DNA of 39,376 nucleotides from a plasmid: sequence record NZ_CP096967.1; one strand, 5' to 3'. Shown piece by piece: positions 39,372 to 39,376 of this stretch (position 1 is its first letter; each line of letters starts with the position of its first letter). The notes under the pieces were generated by a model. It saw only the letters and a program-made list of their open reading frames with translations, ran no database searches and was not told where the DNA came from. The position numbers and the translations under genes were made by a program.

Positions 39372-39376
39372 AGCTT

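Overview
This window reads as a complete, probably circular ~39.4-kb conjugative plasmid of Bacteroidales (CTnDOT-type T4SS). The traF gene at the 3' edge is immediately followed, across the window ends, by traG at position 1.

Transfer backbone:
- A traE-traO T4SS operon is present. traG (the VirB4-like ATPase) is interrupted at its Walker-B 'EEAW' codons by a ~2.4-kb group II intron carrying its own RT/maturase ORF and a recognisable domain V.
- The mobilisation block runs on the minus strand: a MobC-family accessory gene, a MOBP relaxase (HSDTENNHVHIV), a ParA-like ATPase and a 146-aa partner. A VirD4-like coupling protein and a candidate oriT lie nearby.

Replication and maintenance:
- An iteron-type Rep gene is followed directly by seven 22-bp iterons (TAGGGACAAAAACCCAACTTYT).
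- A small serine recombinase and an ArdC-like antirestriction gene are present.
- Two overlapping two-gene toxin-like modules are present: a DUF3791/DUF3990-like pair and an epsilon/zeta pair.
- Other accessory genes include HU, a Toprim primase-like protein, an M23 peptidase and zinc-ribbon/DUF-repeat proteins. An IS256-family IS with 8-bp TSDs clips the end of the zeta gene.

Most unusual feature: a modular intergenic repeat family with three full and four partial or module-only copies, in both orientations. It is built from:
- a ~160-bp promoter/leader module that sits in front of three unrelated operons;
- a ~250-bp MITE-like unit bounded by inverted 14-mers TTTTCCCTAAAGTT;
- a hypervariable TATATA microsatellite;
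- arrays of TGATACC boxes phased at ~50 bp.

Two full copies lie in inverted orientation around a ~22-kb segment that carries most of the accessory, mobilisation and replication genes. Module breakpoints repeatedly fall at the 14-mer, including inside a mosaic traH/traI-like gene. This looks like an uncharacterised recombination or promoter-shuffling system.
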